Origin: an uncultured Methanoregulaceae archaeon
GTDB lineage: Archaea > Halobacteriota > Methanomicrobia > Methanomicrobiales > Methanospirillaceae
NCBI GenBank assembly: GCA_963841015.1
Contig: CAWJAX010000002.1
Span: forward strand, 1-64,000
Length of the DNA: 64,000 nt
Direction of reading: 5' to 3'
Shown: piece by piece, positions 1 to 10,647 of the stretch
Position numbering within the stretch: the first letter of the stretch is position 1
Layout: every line of letters starts with the position of its first letter
Made by a program: the position numbers and the translations under genes
Notes under the pieces: generated by a model
The model's input: only the letters and a program-made list of their open reading frames with translations
Database searches by the model: none
Told to the model about the DNA's origin: nothing

Positions 1-275
1 CGAACCGAAAACAGGCATTTTACGGGTTTTTCCGGTATTGACAAACTTTTTCCATGAGAGAAAAGGAGCCTGGAATGAGCTTATTTTTCCTCAAAACAGA
101 GACTCTCCTATTCCTGGTGGCTTTTAGGAAGAATACATGAGGGGGAGATCACCTGTCCATGGTACAACCTGAATACCGGATGTAAGGAGTACTCTTTTTC
201 CGTGATTGTTCCAACAGAAATTATACGGTTCTTCCAGGTAAACAGGAGTGACGATCACGGTTTTTGAAAAGTACA

Positions 276-290
276 AATAATTATAAATAT
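276..290 (+). promoter_or_regulatory. BRE/TATA promoter of fasciclin gene
   Basis: A-rich stretch followed by TTATAAAT about 35-40 nt upstream of ATG 323. Confidence 0.6.
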
Positions 291-322
291 ACATATATGA
301 AATAGACCCCCGGTGAAAACGC

Positions 323-863
323 ATGAGGAAACTCTTTGTTATTCTCGCAATCCTGTTTATCGGGATTCTTGTTGCTGGCTGCACATCAACGCCACCAGCA
401 CCGGTAGTTACCCCAACACCGACAGCGGCCCCGACAACCGCTGCACCAGCAATGAAAACCATTGTGGAAACAGCTGTGGCAGATGGACGTTTCACGACCC
501 TTGTTGCAGCGGTGCAGGCAGCAAAACTCGATGGGGCACTGAGCGGCCCCGGTCCGTTCACGGTATTTGCACCCACGGATGATGCATTCAAAAGTTTACC
601 GCCCGGCACGGTTGAATCCCTGTTAAAGCAACCCGAGGGAACGTTAAAACAGATTCTTCTGTATCACGTTGTTGATGGGAAAGTAATGGCTGCTGATGTT
701 GTCAAGACTGAGCTCCGCAAAAACACTTCAGGGATCGAACGTGAATATCACCGTGAAAGAGGGCGTTGTTAAAATCAATGATGCCACGGTAAAAATTACT
801 GACATTCAGACAAAGAACGGTGTGATCCACGTTATCGATAAGGTGCTTATACCCCCCAAGTAA
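323..863 (+). CDS. Fasciclin (FAS1) domain lipoprotein; +1 frameshift near 706
   Basis: Lipobox LVAGC, Pro/Thr linker and FAS1 motif [13 protein letters not shown]. After removing one base at ~706 the frame continues to [13 protein letters not shown], stop TAA 861-863. Confidence 0.9.
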
Positions 864-884
864 CCCGGTCCGAAGGTGACCAGA

Positions 885-916
885 GACCCGGGATATAATT
901 CCGGGTCCTTATTTTT
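885..916 (+). terminator. Hairpin plus T-tract after fasciclin
   Basis: GACCCGG(885-891)/CCGGGTC(901-907) stem followed by CTTATTTTT. Confidence 0.55.
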
Positions 917-1201
917 CACTTCTTCATTGACAGTAAGATACTCTTTGCACCTCCTCGTTGTCGATATCCGTTTATCATCTCACGGTATTCCTCTCCGGCT
1001 GACAATAATGACCCGCCCAAAGAGGCCTTTTTTGGAAACCCACGGAGCCCTAAAAAAAAGTATGGTATCACTCTTCTCGCTTTCTATCAGGATATATTCT
1101 TAACAAGACAGTTCATTCCGTGACCGGCACGAGTTTTTTTTTGGATCTAAAATCCATCATTTGGAATTATTCATCAGAAAATAATTATGGGTCTGGATGC
1201 T

Positions 1202-1915
1202 TTACCGATCAACGATATACCGTTTGAGGAACAACGGCCGTATCCCGGCCGTATTCAGGACAATTGCAAGCAGGTACACCGCGGTCAGTTTCACTCTGCC
1301 GATACGCTGGAACCGGCGCGGAGAACTCCTGATGACCCGGTGGATCTGCTTCATCCTGCCGTACTTCCGGGCAGAGCGGCAGAATTCAAGATCCTCACAG
1401 AACGGGATGAGCTCAAACCCGCCTGCCTGAAAAAAAACATCCCGCTGTACAAAAATGCCAGAATCCCCAAAAAAAGTCCGGGAATATTTTGTACAGGTAT
1501 TCACAAGAAGTCCGATGACCGCGTGAAAGAGACCGGGTTCCCCGAAACTGTGCGTGAACGCTCCCCCACAGACGCCCTGCTCTGTGCACACCTGAGTAAT
1601 AACCTGCAGGGAATCAGCAGGGATCCTGCAGTCAACGTGAAGAAAGAGCAGGATCTCTCCCTGTGCCGCTGCCGCACCGGTGTTCATCTGGCCGCTCCGT
1701 CCTGCCGGTGCAGAAAGAAGGTGCAGCGGTGCGGGGAAGGGTGAGGCATACTGCTGAATACGGGCACAGGTTGCATCAGAACTGCCCCCGTCTATGACAA
1801 TGAGTTCAAATGGTCCCTGCAGCAGCGCAAGGTGATCGAGGAAGGGAATGATCATGTCCTCCTCGTTCAGCACCGGGGTGATAATGGAGATACGTGGCAT
1901 ACACGGTTCCGTCAC
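1202..1915 (-). CDS. GT2 glycosyltransferase, TIGR04283-like (rSAM/arsenosugar-associated)
   Basis: ISIITPVLNEE, IDGGSSD, GRSGQMNTGA, LFLHVD, FFGDSGIFV, GGF..IPFCED and SSPRRF motifs. Confidence 0.85.
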   Translation of the reverse strand: MTEPCMPRISIITPVLNEEDMIIPFLDHLALLQGPFELIVIDGGSSDATCARIQQYASPFPAPLHLLSAPAGRSGQMNTGAAAAQGEILLFLHVDCRIPADSLQVITQVCTEQGVCGGAFTHSFGEPGLFHAVIGLLVNTCTKYSRTFFGDSGIFVQRDVFFQAGGFELIPFCEDLEFCRSARKYGRMKQIHRVIRSSPRRFQRIGRVKLTAVYLLAIVLNTAGIRPLFLKRYIVDR

Positions 1916-1962
1916 AGGACTAAATCCAAATATTTATCCGTCATGATGAGGACTTCCCTTCC

Positions 1963-2619
1963 ATGAAATTCGAACCCGGGCCGTTGATGACAACAGGGGC
2001 CGGTATTTTCCTCCTGGGTGTGGCGTGGCTCTTGTTCTGGCTCGGCCCTGCCTTCAGACTGTATGAGGCAGATGCCCGCTGGGCCCACAATTTTGCGTTT
2101 GCGCTCATCCTTATCATGGTCGGGATTGCGTATTACCGGCCATCGGTATCCACATGGATCATCTCAATGATCGCCTCCTTTATTACCATTCCGACAGAAC
2201 TTGCGTACTGGTCAGGGATGACTGCCACGCTCATCGAACTGGCATTGCTGGGGCTCCTTCTCATCGTGGTGGCAGGGGAATGGCAGTTGAAGCGGCCACT
2301 TATCACTCCGGATCCGAAATCGGCATTCTGGCTGAAGATCCATCTTCCGGTCCTGACATATCTCGGAATTGTCCATATGCCCCTGATTTTTTTCATGATA
2401 CGGTGGACCCATTCCGCCCCATTCCTCACCTACCTCCCGGTAGAGCACGAATACTCGACTACTATCTTCAATGCGATGATCCTTGTCCTCATGGTAATCG
2501 CCATAGCCGAGCGATATGTGAAAGACATACGGGGATTCAGTGTCACCCGGGCAGGATTTTTGTGGGCCGTCCTGATGCTGATCATCCCGCTGGCATCGAT
2601 CGGCATCTTCGGGCAGTGA
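1963..2619 (+). CDS. Polytopic membrane protein of unknown function
   Basis: 218 aa with about 6-7 hydrophobic segments; first gene of a tightly packed operon. Confidence 0.75.
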   Translation: MKFEPGPLMTTGAGIFLLGVAWLLFWLGPAFRLYEADARWAHNFAFALILIMVGIAYYRPSVSTWIISMIASFITIPTELAYWSGMTATLIELALLGLLLIVVAGEWQLKRPLITPDPKSAFWLKIHLPVLTYLGIVHMPLIFFMIRWTHSAPFLTYLPVEHEYSTTIFNAMILVLMVIAIAERYVKDIRGFSVTRAGFLWAVLMLIIPLASIGIFGQ

Positions 2620-2622
2620 GAG

Positions 2623-3765
2623 GTGATAGAAGTTCAGTCCCCGACACCGGAAAAAGACCGACCGGAACCAGGTTTCGTGAGCGGTACGCCAATCCCGGAA
2701 GATCCCGGTGCGGTCTTCACCCACGGGTGTTTTCATCCTGACCACGCAGAAGTCATCAGGTTTTTTGAAAAAAACCTGGTCTATGCAGTACAAATCGAAT
2801 CCTGTCTTTCCTGTAAGGGAGGCTGCCGGTATTGTTATGCATCGGCACAGGATCCCCTTACCGCGGAACTCCCGGCGGCTTGTATACACCGTATCCTCGC
2901 CGAGGTAAAGGAAGCGGGAGTCCGGGCAATCGACTGGCTCGGGGGAGATCCCCTCATGCGGAAGGACTGGTATGAGCTTGCTCGTGCTGCACAGGATCTG
3001 GGGCTCATCAATAATATCTGGACGAGCGGGATCCCGCTTGCGGATCCCCGGGTTGCCCGGCAGGTTGCAGAGGTAACTTCCGGGGGTTTTGTCAGTGTCC
3101 ACCTCGACAGCCTGAATGAAGAGATCTACCGGGTACTTCATACCGGGGACCCTGGCACCAAAATACGGTCAATTCTGACGGGCGTTGAGAATCTTATCAG
3201 GGCCGGAAAACATCCACGGGAGATCATCAACTGTATCACGTTCACCCGCCCGCTTGCAGGTAAAGACGTGGAACGTACCATCCGCTCCTTCTCGGAAAAG
3301 GGGATCAGGACCTGCCTGACCCAGATCTGTATGGCTGGCCTTGGCAAAGAGCACCCGGAATGGGTTCCTTCAGGACCCCAGATCCGGCATGCCATCAGTG
3401 TCCGGGACCGCGTTAACTATCCCGGATCAGGTCTCTCGATGAGCTCGATGGACGTCAACAAGTATTACTGCGGCGGGACCGTCTGCATCACGGTTGACGG
3501 GGATGTAACCCCGTGTTCTGTCATCCGGCAGGGATTCGGGAACATCCACCACCTGCCCTTTGCAGAGATTATCAGCCGGCACCGGAGCGAGTTGCTCTTT
3601 CTCCCGCTCCGGGTTGAGGGAAGCGGAGACAGGTGCACCAGCTGTAAAAACCATCCGGTCTGCTGGGGGTGCCGGGCAACGGCATTCTATTCAACAGGTA
3701 ACCTTATGGCAGGTGACCCCAATTGCAGCATCAGGGAGAGGAACGATCATGAAAAAACACATTGA
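2623..3765 (+). CDS. Radical SAM protein with C-terminal SPASM domain
   Basis: CKGGCRYC (CxxxCxxC), GGDPL, and SPASM Cys pattern C...GDVTPC...CTSCKNHPVCWGC...DPNC. Confidence 0.9.
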   Translation: MIEVQSPTPEKDRPEPGFVSGTPIPEDPGAVFTHGCFHPDHAEVIRFFEKNLVYAVQIESCLSCKGGCRYCYASAQDPLTAELPAACIHRILAEVKEAGVRAIDWLGGDPLMRKDWYELARAAQDLGLINNIWTSGIPLADPRVARQVAEVTSGGFVSVHLDSLNEEIYRVLHTGDPGTKIRSILTGVENLIRAGKHPREIINCITFTRPLAGKDVERTIRSFSEKGIRTCLTQICMAGLGKEHPEWVPSGPQIRHAISVRDRVNYPGSGLSMSSMDVNKYYCGGTVCITVDGDVTPCSVIRQGFGNIHHLPFAEIISRHRSELLFLPLRVEGSGDRCTSCKNHPVCWGCRATAFYSTGNLMAGDPNCSIRERNDHEKTH

Positions 3766-4550
3766 TGTCAGCATAGCAGAAGTCAGCGAAGCTTACGCGG
3801 GGGCAGTCGGCACCCTGTGGGAAATGGTGATGGGAGAAGAGATCCATATCGGCGGTACGATAGCTACCCGGGAACTGGCGGTTCTGGCAGGGATAACAAA
3901 AGGTGACCGGGTGCTGGACATCTGCAGCGCCCTGGGGGGCCTGGCCCGCCATCTCGCTGCAGAGTTCGGGTGCATGGTTACGGGAATAGATGCAACACCG
4001 GCAATGGTGGATGTGGCTACACGGAGAACGACTGCTGCCGGTCTCGAGGGCCGGGTAACGTACCGGCTCGGAAATGCCCTTGACCTGCCGTTCAGGGAAT
4101 CTTCCTTTGATACGGTCTGGGGCCAGGATGCCTGGTGCTATGTTACTGATAAGGCACGGCTGATCCGTGAAGCAGCAAGGGTGACAAGACCCGGGGGCAC
4201 TATAGCATTCACTGACTGGATCCAGCTGCGGGATGTTCCTGACAAAAGGCTCGATCCCCTTCTGAGTTTCATGCTCTTCCCCTACATGGAGACACCTGAA
4301 GGCTACCAGCAGTTACTTGAAGAGAGCGGCTGGCGGGTGACCGCTGCGGATGATCTGAGGCAGGGATTTTTCAGAACAGTTCACGATATACCGTACGAAA
4401 ATCCAGGAGGAACTCCGGCCGGAAATCATCCGGCAATTCGGCGACAGTTTCTTTTCAGCGGTTGAAGAGGGAATAGTCCTCTGGGAGAATGCAGCCCACG
4501 AGGGGATAGTCGGTCGCGGACGATGGATTGCACGCAGGACCGTGACCTGA
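3749..4550 (+). CDS. Class I SAM-dependent methyltransferase; +1 frameshift near 4364
   Basis: GEEIHIGG, VLDICSALGGLAR, GNALDLPF..SFDTVW, RVTRPGG. Corrected C-terminus reads ...GIVGRGRWIARRTVT, stop 4548-4550. Confidence 0.85.
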
Positions 4551-5267
4551 ACAAGCCGCTATGCGCCATCGTTGTGATGGCAAAACAGCCGGAGCCCGGG
4601 AAGGTCAAGACCCGGCTCTGTCCCCCGCTGAGCCCAAAACAGGCTGCGGATCTCTACGACAGCATTTTTTACTGACACCATTTCTCTGGTTTCCGGAATT
4701 GAAGACACCGATATATTCGTTGCATACGATCCTGACACCGCCCTGGACTTCTTCACCCGGACCTGTTCTCCTTCCATGGAATGCATTCCGCAGGGAGCGG
4801 GTGATCTGGGAGACCGGCTCCTGAGGATATCCCGGAGAATGTTTGTCCTTGGATACCGGAAACTCATTATCCTTGCAAGCGATACTCCCCATCTCCCGCA
4901 GGAGGTTATCAGGAGTGCAATCGCACGGTTGGATGAGATTGATGTGGTGCTCGGGCCATGCGATGACGGAGGGTATTACCTGATAGGATTACGTTTCTGT
5001 GCACCGGCGCTGTTTGCGGGAATTCCCTGGAGCACATCCCGGGTACTGGACGAGACACTACAGCGTGCACAGGAAGCGGGAATGACCTGGGAGCTGCTGT
5101 TACCTTGTTATGATATTGATACGTGGGAAGATGCAGAGAGGCTGAGTAAGGATCTGATTGGCAACGCTGCCGGTGATTCAGACAGGTGTCTGAGGACAAA
5201 AAAAGCACTCAGGAACCTGGTTCCTCTCCTCTTTGTGACCGGGGAAAAAATGGCGGATGAGAAATAA
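4547..5267 (+). CDS. TIGR04282/DUF2064-like glycosyltransferase; +1 frameshift near 4658
   Basis: MAKQPEPGKVKTRL read directly from DNA at 4577-4620, then QGAGDLGDRL, SDTPHLP, LGPCDDGGYYLIG, IPWST, DIDTWED. Start position approximate. Confidence 0.85.
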
Positions 5268-5313
5268 AATCTGCGTATGTCTGCTCGGAGAATCTTGCCA
5301 AAAGACAAGGTGC

Positions 5314-5760
5314 TTACCATAATTGCACCCGGTCCAGTTCCGAGGCGATGAAGGATCGGAGGGCACCACCTTCATTTGGATCAACGACCCTGTTCTTTAG
5401 CTCCTGAATCGCACCATAACTCCTGATGGTCGCCAATGCTACAACAGAACGTTTCCGGATTTCATACAATTCTCTCTTATCCATGAGGCGTTCAATCAGA
5501 ACTTCAACCGACCTGCCGCTTCTCAGATTTTGCAACCCTTCGATTGCATGGAGCCTGATCTCCGGATTCCGATCCCGGCAGCAGTCAATCAGCGACTTTA
5601 CCGCACGAGGGTCCCGGCTGTTACCGAGAACTATTACCGCTGATATCCGCTCTTGTAGATCCCTGTCACCCATTTTTTTTTCGATGATGTGGTAGATCCC
5701 ATCCGGTTTTGGCAGGGAATTGACCCGCTCATCGACCATACTATCCGCAATCATACCCAT
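5314..5760 (-). CDS. HEAT/PBS-lyase repeat protein
   Basis: Repeated helical units R.SAV..LG...DPRAV..LI and IR..AI..L. Confidence 0.75.
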   Translation of the reverse strand: MGMIADSMVDERVNSLPKPDGIYHIIEKKMGDRDLQERISAVIVLGNSRDPRAVKSLIDCCRDRNPEIRLHAIEGLQNLRSGRSVEVLIERLMDKRELYEIRKRSVVALATIRSYGAIQELKNRVVDPNEGGALRSFIASELDRVQLW

Positions 5761-5998
5761 AATATCCCTGAAATTTTAATCAGAATTCAATGCCGGTTCT
5801 GTCGTTTACCGACAGAAGATTTCCAGATTTTTATCTAATGGAAAAAAGCTGCCGCTTAGTCAGTGCGGCATGTACCCGTCCTGGTCTGATGGTACCGGGA
5901 TGTAAACGATGGTACATTAGATGATATTTTTTCCCCCAATTATAAATAATTAATCATGATAGATTCGAGCATTATTGGGTTTGATCTAAACCACTTTG

Positions 5999-6241
5999 TT
6001 ATGCTAGGTATTCGACCGTGAATCCCCGAGCGACAAGATACTCGCGGTACCGTCTCAGGGTTGCCCGGTGAAGCACGAGCTTCTGGGCATGGAACCGGTG
6101 CCTCCGGAAAAACCACGGGTCTTCGGCAAGGATTACCGGTCGTTCCCGGGACAATGCCGGATGTTGCTCAAAGAGCTGGTGGGGATAAATAACCGTTACT
6201 TCCGGACGGGTCGGGGCAGTTTCTCGTTTTTTTGCAGGCAT
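5999..6241 (-). pseudogene. Truncated cryptochrome/photolyase-related protein (N-terminal 80 aa only)
   Basis: VIYPHQLF...LAEDPWFF...FHAQKLVLHRA...RGFTVEY matches the N-terminus of the ~500-aa photolyase-related family; no continuation found downstream. Confidence 0.7.
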
Positions 6242-6247
6242 GTTATT

Positions 6248-7279
6248 TCATCCTTTATTGTGCAAGGGTTCCTGCTGATCAGCTGGTGCATTCCTGCCCT
6301 TCCACACATCCCTTCCGCGATCGGTAATCTCTTCTGGCATGTCGGTGAGTTCAGCCGGATACGGTGCAAAGAACGTCTGGTTCAGCAGGGCCGGCTCCTT
6401 AAACCGGATCACCCACGAGCGGAGCAGATCCCGGGGTTCAGCCAGTGTGGCATGTCCCTCCTTGTAGCGATCGATTAATCTGAGGCAGTATGCTTTTTCT
6501 TCACCCGAAATCCGATCGCTGAAATAACCGAGTGCATGCTGCAGTACATTGATGTTGTTGGAATACCGGGGAACCTGTGCGAGCGCGGCGCAGAGCAGAT
6601 GGCGGTAGTGAAAAAAGAGTTCCTCCGGATCAGTCTTTGCCCGGGATGCAACAAGCCTTCCCATATCGCGCATGAGCTGCTGGTGGCAGGCCATCAGGAG
6701 GAACTTGTTGGCACCGTGGAACTGAACAAGAGTTTCGCGATCCCGGGTCTCCTCAACCTTCCGGAATGCAGCCAGGGTAAATATTGCGGTGAGGAAATGG
6801 TCACGGATCCGTGCATTGTTCAGGCGCAGTTCATCTTCTATGGGCAGCTCAAAAAACCGTTTCAGCACCTCGCGGGCAAAAAAGCCGGCTGTTTTTTCAA
6901 TTGCCATGGACTTTTCGGCCGACGGATATACCCGAACACCACTGGTTCCGGAGGTAGGAGAACCGCCTTTTAAGATAAAACCGTCAACGGGTGGCAGGGA
7001 ATCAAGAAACCGGTTGGCAAAGACGGTCATCTCTCCGGTAACATCCCGCCCGGTAGCAGGCTGTAACAAGTGATCTCTTCCATCCAGTCGTACAATCCTG
7101 ACTGTTGCCCGCGGGATGCCGAGGCCAATCTCAACTTCCGGACAGACCGGAATGCAATCAGCAAAAGATTTGAGGTTTGCCACGAGCGGGGAAGGTATTT
7201 TCGAACCATCGTAGCGGCACGGATCAAACTCGATACAACGGCTGATGACAATACAGGGTCGCGGGTATTCTCGTACCAT
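6248..7279 (-). CDS. DUF523 + DUF1722 protein (YbgA / thiouracil desulfidase-like domain)
   Basis: ISRC....CRYDG, PVCPEVEIGLGIPR, GFILKGGSPTSG, EDELRL, FHGANKFLLMA, NVLQHALGYF, QTFFAPYP. Confidence 0.9.
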   Translation of the reverse strand: MVREYPRPCIVISRCIEFDPCRYDGSKIPSPLVANLKSFADCIPVCPEVEIGLGIPRATVRIVRLDGRDHLLQPATGRDVTGEMTVFANRFLDSLPPVDGFILKGGSPTSGTSGVRVYPSAEKSMAIEKTAGFFAREVLKRFFELPIEDELRLNNARIRDHFLTAIFTLAAFRKVEETRDRETLVQFHGANKFLLMACHQQLMRDMGRLVASRAKTDPEELFFHYRHLLCAALAQVPRYSNNINVLQHALGYFSDRISGEEKAYCLRLIDRYKEGHATLAEPRDLLRSWVIRFKEPALLNQTFFAPYPAELTDMPEEITDRGRDVWKGRNAPADQQEPLHNKG

Positions 7280-7391
7280 AGGGTATCACGTCACTTTCCA
7301 GTTCCTAAAACAAGGCATATGAATCCTTGGGTCTACAATCACCCTTATCAATTTCCTCAAATATATACCTCAGCAAAGGAATGATGATCTG

Positions 7392-7868
7392 ATGGATCCT
7401 GTTAAAATTCCAAAAATGCCAAAAGCAGAGTATGACTCCCTGATCAGACGCCAGTACGTATCACGGATTGCTTTTGGCGCATGTGAGCACCCCTATATTG
7501 CTCCATTCATGTATGTCTTCGACGGAAAATATCTCTATTTCCTTTCGACAAAATACGGCAGGAAGATGGAGTATTTTAACAGCAGCCCGAAGGTCTCTGT
7601 CGAGATTGAGGAATATGCTCCTGATCTTTCTGCATTTACCTTTGTGAGCCTTCAGGGATTTTTGGAAGAGGTGAAGGATCCCTCGCAGAAAAAGAAGGTG
7701 CGGGAACAGTTTGTCGGCATGATTGCGAAAAACCGGCTTTCACCCCGTGTCCTCACGGCTCTTGGTCACAACCCGAATGACAGCCCGGACGTGTTGGTCC
7801 GCGAGGAGCGTTCTGCTGTCTGGAAACTGGTCGGTGTAAAAGATATTGTGGCACTGAAAAACGGGTAA
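7392..7868 (+). CDS. Pyridoxamine 5'-phosphate oxidase-like flavin-binding protein
   Basis: SRIAF....PYIAPFMYVFDG..LYF....GRKMEY....PKVSVEI pattern. Confidence 0.8.
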   Translation: MDPVKIPKMPKAEYDSLIRRQYVSRIAFGACEHPYIAPFMYVFDGKYLYFLSTKYGRKMEYFNSSPKVSVEIEEYAPDLSAFTFVSLQGFLEEVKDPSQKKKVREQFVGMIAKNRLSPRVLTALGHNPNDSPDVLVREERSAVWKLVGVKDIVALKNG

Positions 7869-8070
7869 ACCCCACGCATGGATATTCCCCACCGGGAACG
7901 GTTCCGCAGGGATTCCTGCGGTGAAGGGAGATCCGCTCACAATTCTCCGTGCATGAACCTCACCTCTTCAGGTGGGATTCGGGAGGGGATTTTCTCCCCT
8001 TTCTTTTCATGCTGAAAAGGAATCGTGCAAACACCCCTCTTTTAATACCAGCACCGTCCCATTGGGCAGT

Positions 8071-8662
8071 ATGCGTAAAATTCTTCTGGTGGCGTCTGCC
8101 ATCGCGATTATTCTGGTGCTTGCCCTGCTCTTCACCCAGTCCTCTGCTGAAACCATCCCCTATAGCATCAAAGGAACATCTGGCGAGATCGAGTTCCGGC
8201 AGTACCCTTCGCTGGTTCTCGCAACAACTGATAACTCCCAAAACGATGCCGGTTTCAACCTGCTCTTTGCCTACATCTCCGGCAGCAATAAAGCCCGGGA
8301 TAAAATCCCCATGACCGCTCCCGTAATAACCTCACAAAAGATCCCGATGACTTCACCGGTAGTTACCAATGCTACGTCCATGTCGTTTGTGTTGCCCGCA
8401 GGAAAAACACGTGAAGAAACTCCTGATCCGCTGGACAGCCGGGTGCGGATCGTCACGCTTCCGGAACGGGAGGTAGCGGTTATCCGTTTCACGGGCTATG
8501 CTTCCCCACAAGAGGTGGATGCGGTAACGGTACGGTTGCAGGACGGGCTGAAAAAGGCCGGGATTGAGACCGTGGGCCAGTCGTTTCTGATGCGGTATGA
8601 TACCCCGTGGATGCCCGGTTTTCTTGAGGCGGAATGAGGTGGGGATAGAGATAAAACGTTAG
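8071..8662 (+). CDS. SOUL family heme-binding protein; +1 frameshift near 8626
   Basis: EFRQYP, GFNLLFAYISGSN, IPMTAPV, MSFVLP, AVIRFTG, YDTPW. Corrected end FLRRNEVGIEIKR, stop at 8660-8662. Confidence 0.85.
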
Positions 8663-8961
8663 TATCCTGCTTCCCCACTCTAACTGCCAGGATCGCAAAA
8701 GTCCGGCTGGCCACTATAAGTATAACAATCCACACTTTCCAATCCCAATACTTTTGAGCAAGGGTGGCACCTGCCCCCAATACAATCCTGACAAGACTAC
8801 CCACCGCTTGGCGAAGAGGGGGGATCTGATACGGTTTTATGGATTTTATCAGGGAGAATATCCAACTGCCCCAATTTCTCAAGGATGCAAACTGCAGAAT
8901 ACATATCCCAGAACCGAATAAACCATATCTTTCCTCAATAGAATAGTTGCAGAGGATTTGT

Positions 8962-10428
8962 ATGCCGGATTCTGCTGAACCTGTTCCCATCGCAAAAGGA
9001 CAAAAGACTGTTTATCTGCTGCCCGGAATGGCAAACCGCCATGGCCTTATCGCCGGAGCAACCGGGACCGGGAAGACCACCACGTTACGCGTACTTGCTG
9101 AAGATTTCAGCAGGATGGGGGTTTCGGTTTTTATGGCAGATATCAAGGGAGATCTCTCCGGCATGGCCAAGCCCGGCGGTGATAACCCAAAGATTGTCGA
9201 AAGGGCTGCAGAACTGGGGCTGCCGGGAGTTCTTCCGGAAGGGTATCCGGTCACGTTCTGGGATGTCTATGGCGAAGCCGGCCTTCCGGTCAGGACGACC
9301 ATATCGGAGATGGGCCCCCTCCTGCTGGCGCGTATTCTGGATCTGAACGATATCCAGACCGATGTCCTGACCGTGCTGTTTAAGATTGCAGATGATGCCG
9401 GACTCCTGCTCCTCGACTTAAAAGACCTGCGGTCCCTGGCCCAGCACTGCAGTGACCATGCTAAAGACTTAAAAAGCCAGTACGGGAATATCTCCCCGTC
9501 AAGCATTGGCACTATACAGCGGACCCTGTTGAATCTCGAGCAACAGGGAGGCGACCGCTTCTTTGGGGAACCTGCCCTGAATGTCCTGGATTTCATGAAG
9601 ACCGATACCACCGGACGGGGGATGATCAATGTGCTTACTGCTGATCGCCTGATGCAGTCCCCCAAAATCTATGCAACGCTTCTCCTCTGGCTGCTGTCAG
9701 AACTGTTCGAGCAGTTCCCCGAAGCCGGGGATCTCCCCAAACCAAAACTGGTATTTTTCTTTGATGAAGCCCACCTGCTGTTCCAGGACACTCCCAAGAT
9801 GCTTGAGGAACGGATCGTGCAGGTCGTCCGGTTGATCCGGTCAAAGGGCATTGGCGTGTATTTTGTGACGCAGAATCCGCTTGACCTCCCCGAACCGGTT
9901 CTCGGACAGCTGGGGAACCGGGTGCACCATGCCCTTCGTGCGTTTACCCCGAAAGACCAGAAAAACGTGAAGGGGGCTGCCCAGACCCTGCGACCCAATC
10001 CTGCGTTTGATACCGTAACCGCCATCACCGAGCTTCGGATTGGAGAAGCGCTCGTCTCGATGCTGGACATGCAGGGCAGTCCGATGCCCGTTGAGCGGGC
10101 ACTTATCTATCCCCCTCATAGCAGGATGACACCGCTCACAACGGAGGAGAGGGGCCAGGTCATCAGGGGTTCACCGTTTTTAGCAACGTACATGAACGTG
10201 ATTGACCGCGAATCCGCATATGAACAGTTGAAAAAGAAAGCTGAAACTCCAGCCGTGGCAAAAACAACGGATGCTCCCGTAAAAAAACCTCAGAAAACTA
10301 CCGCATCTGGTGCGGGTGATGTTATAGGGTCTGCTGCGAAGAGTGCTGCTCATGCCATCGGGAGCCAGATAGGCCGGGAAATTATGCGGGGAGTGCTGGG
10401 GTCTCTTACCGGGACGAGGAAAAAGTGA
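8962..10428 (+). CDS. DUF853/YjgR HerA-like ATPase
   Basis: [65 protein letters not shown]. Confidence 0.92.
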   Translation: MPDSAEPVPIAKGQKTVYLLPGMANRHGLIAGATGTGKTTTLRVLAEDFSRMGVSVFMADIKGDLSGMAKPGGDNPKIVERAAELGLPGVLPEGYPVTFWDVYGEAGLPVRTTISEMGPLLLARILDLNDIQTDVLTVLFKIADDAGLLLLDLKDLRSLAQHCSDHAKDLKSQYGNISPSSIGTIQRTLLNLEQQGGDRFFGEPALNVLDFMKTDTTGRGMINVLTADRLMQSPKIYATLLLWLLSELFEQFPEAGDLPKPKLVFFFDEAHLLFQDTPKMLEERIVQVVRLIRSKGIGVYFVTQNPLDLPEPVLGQLGNRVHHALRAFTPKDQKNVKGAAQTLRPNPAFDTVTAITELRIGEALVSMLDMQGSPMPVERALIYPPHSRMTPLTTEERGQVIRGSPFLATYMNVIDRESAYEQLKKKAETPAVAKTTDAPVKKPQKTTASGAGDVIGSAAKSAAHAIGSQIGREIMRGVLGSLTGTRKK

Positions 10429-10647
10429 TCTTTTCTTCTGCTCATTTTTCGTCCTTTCTTTTCTTCAGTATTGGGAAGGTTACCTTGTATAAGTGATATG
10501 GATGCGCTCGTTCTGGTATGAAGCATTCACTGGTGGGAAATTATGGTAACTCATGGTACTTTTTCCGTTAAAGGTCAGTCACGGCGGTTCTCATGAATCA
10601 CTTCTCATCGAATACCCTTTTCGTTCCCCCCATCGAATAGTACCGCA

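Noticed and set aside
1202-5267. Selenocysteine or pyrrolysine recoding in the rSAM/transferase cluster
   Set aside because: The breaks are frame shifts, not in-frame UGA/UAG codons at conserved positions, and no SECIS-like element was recognised.
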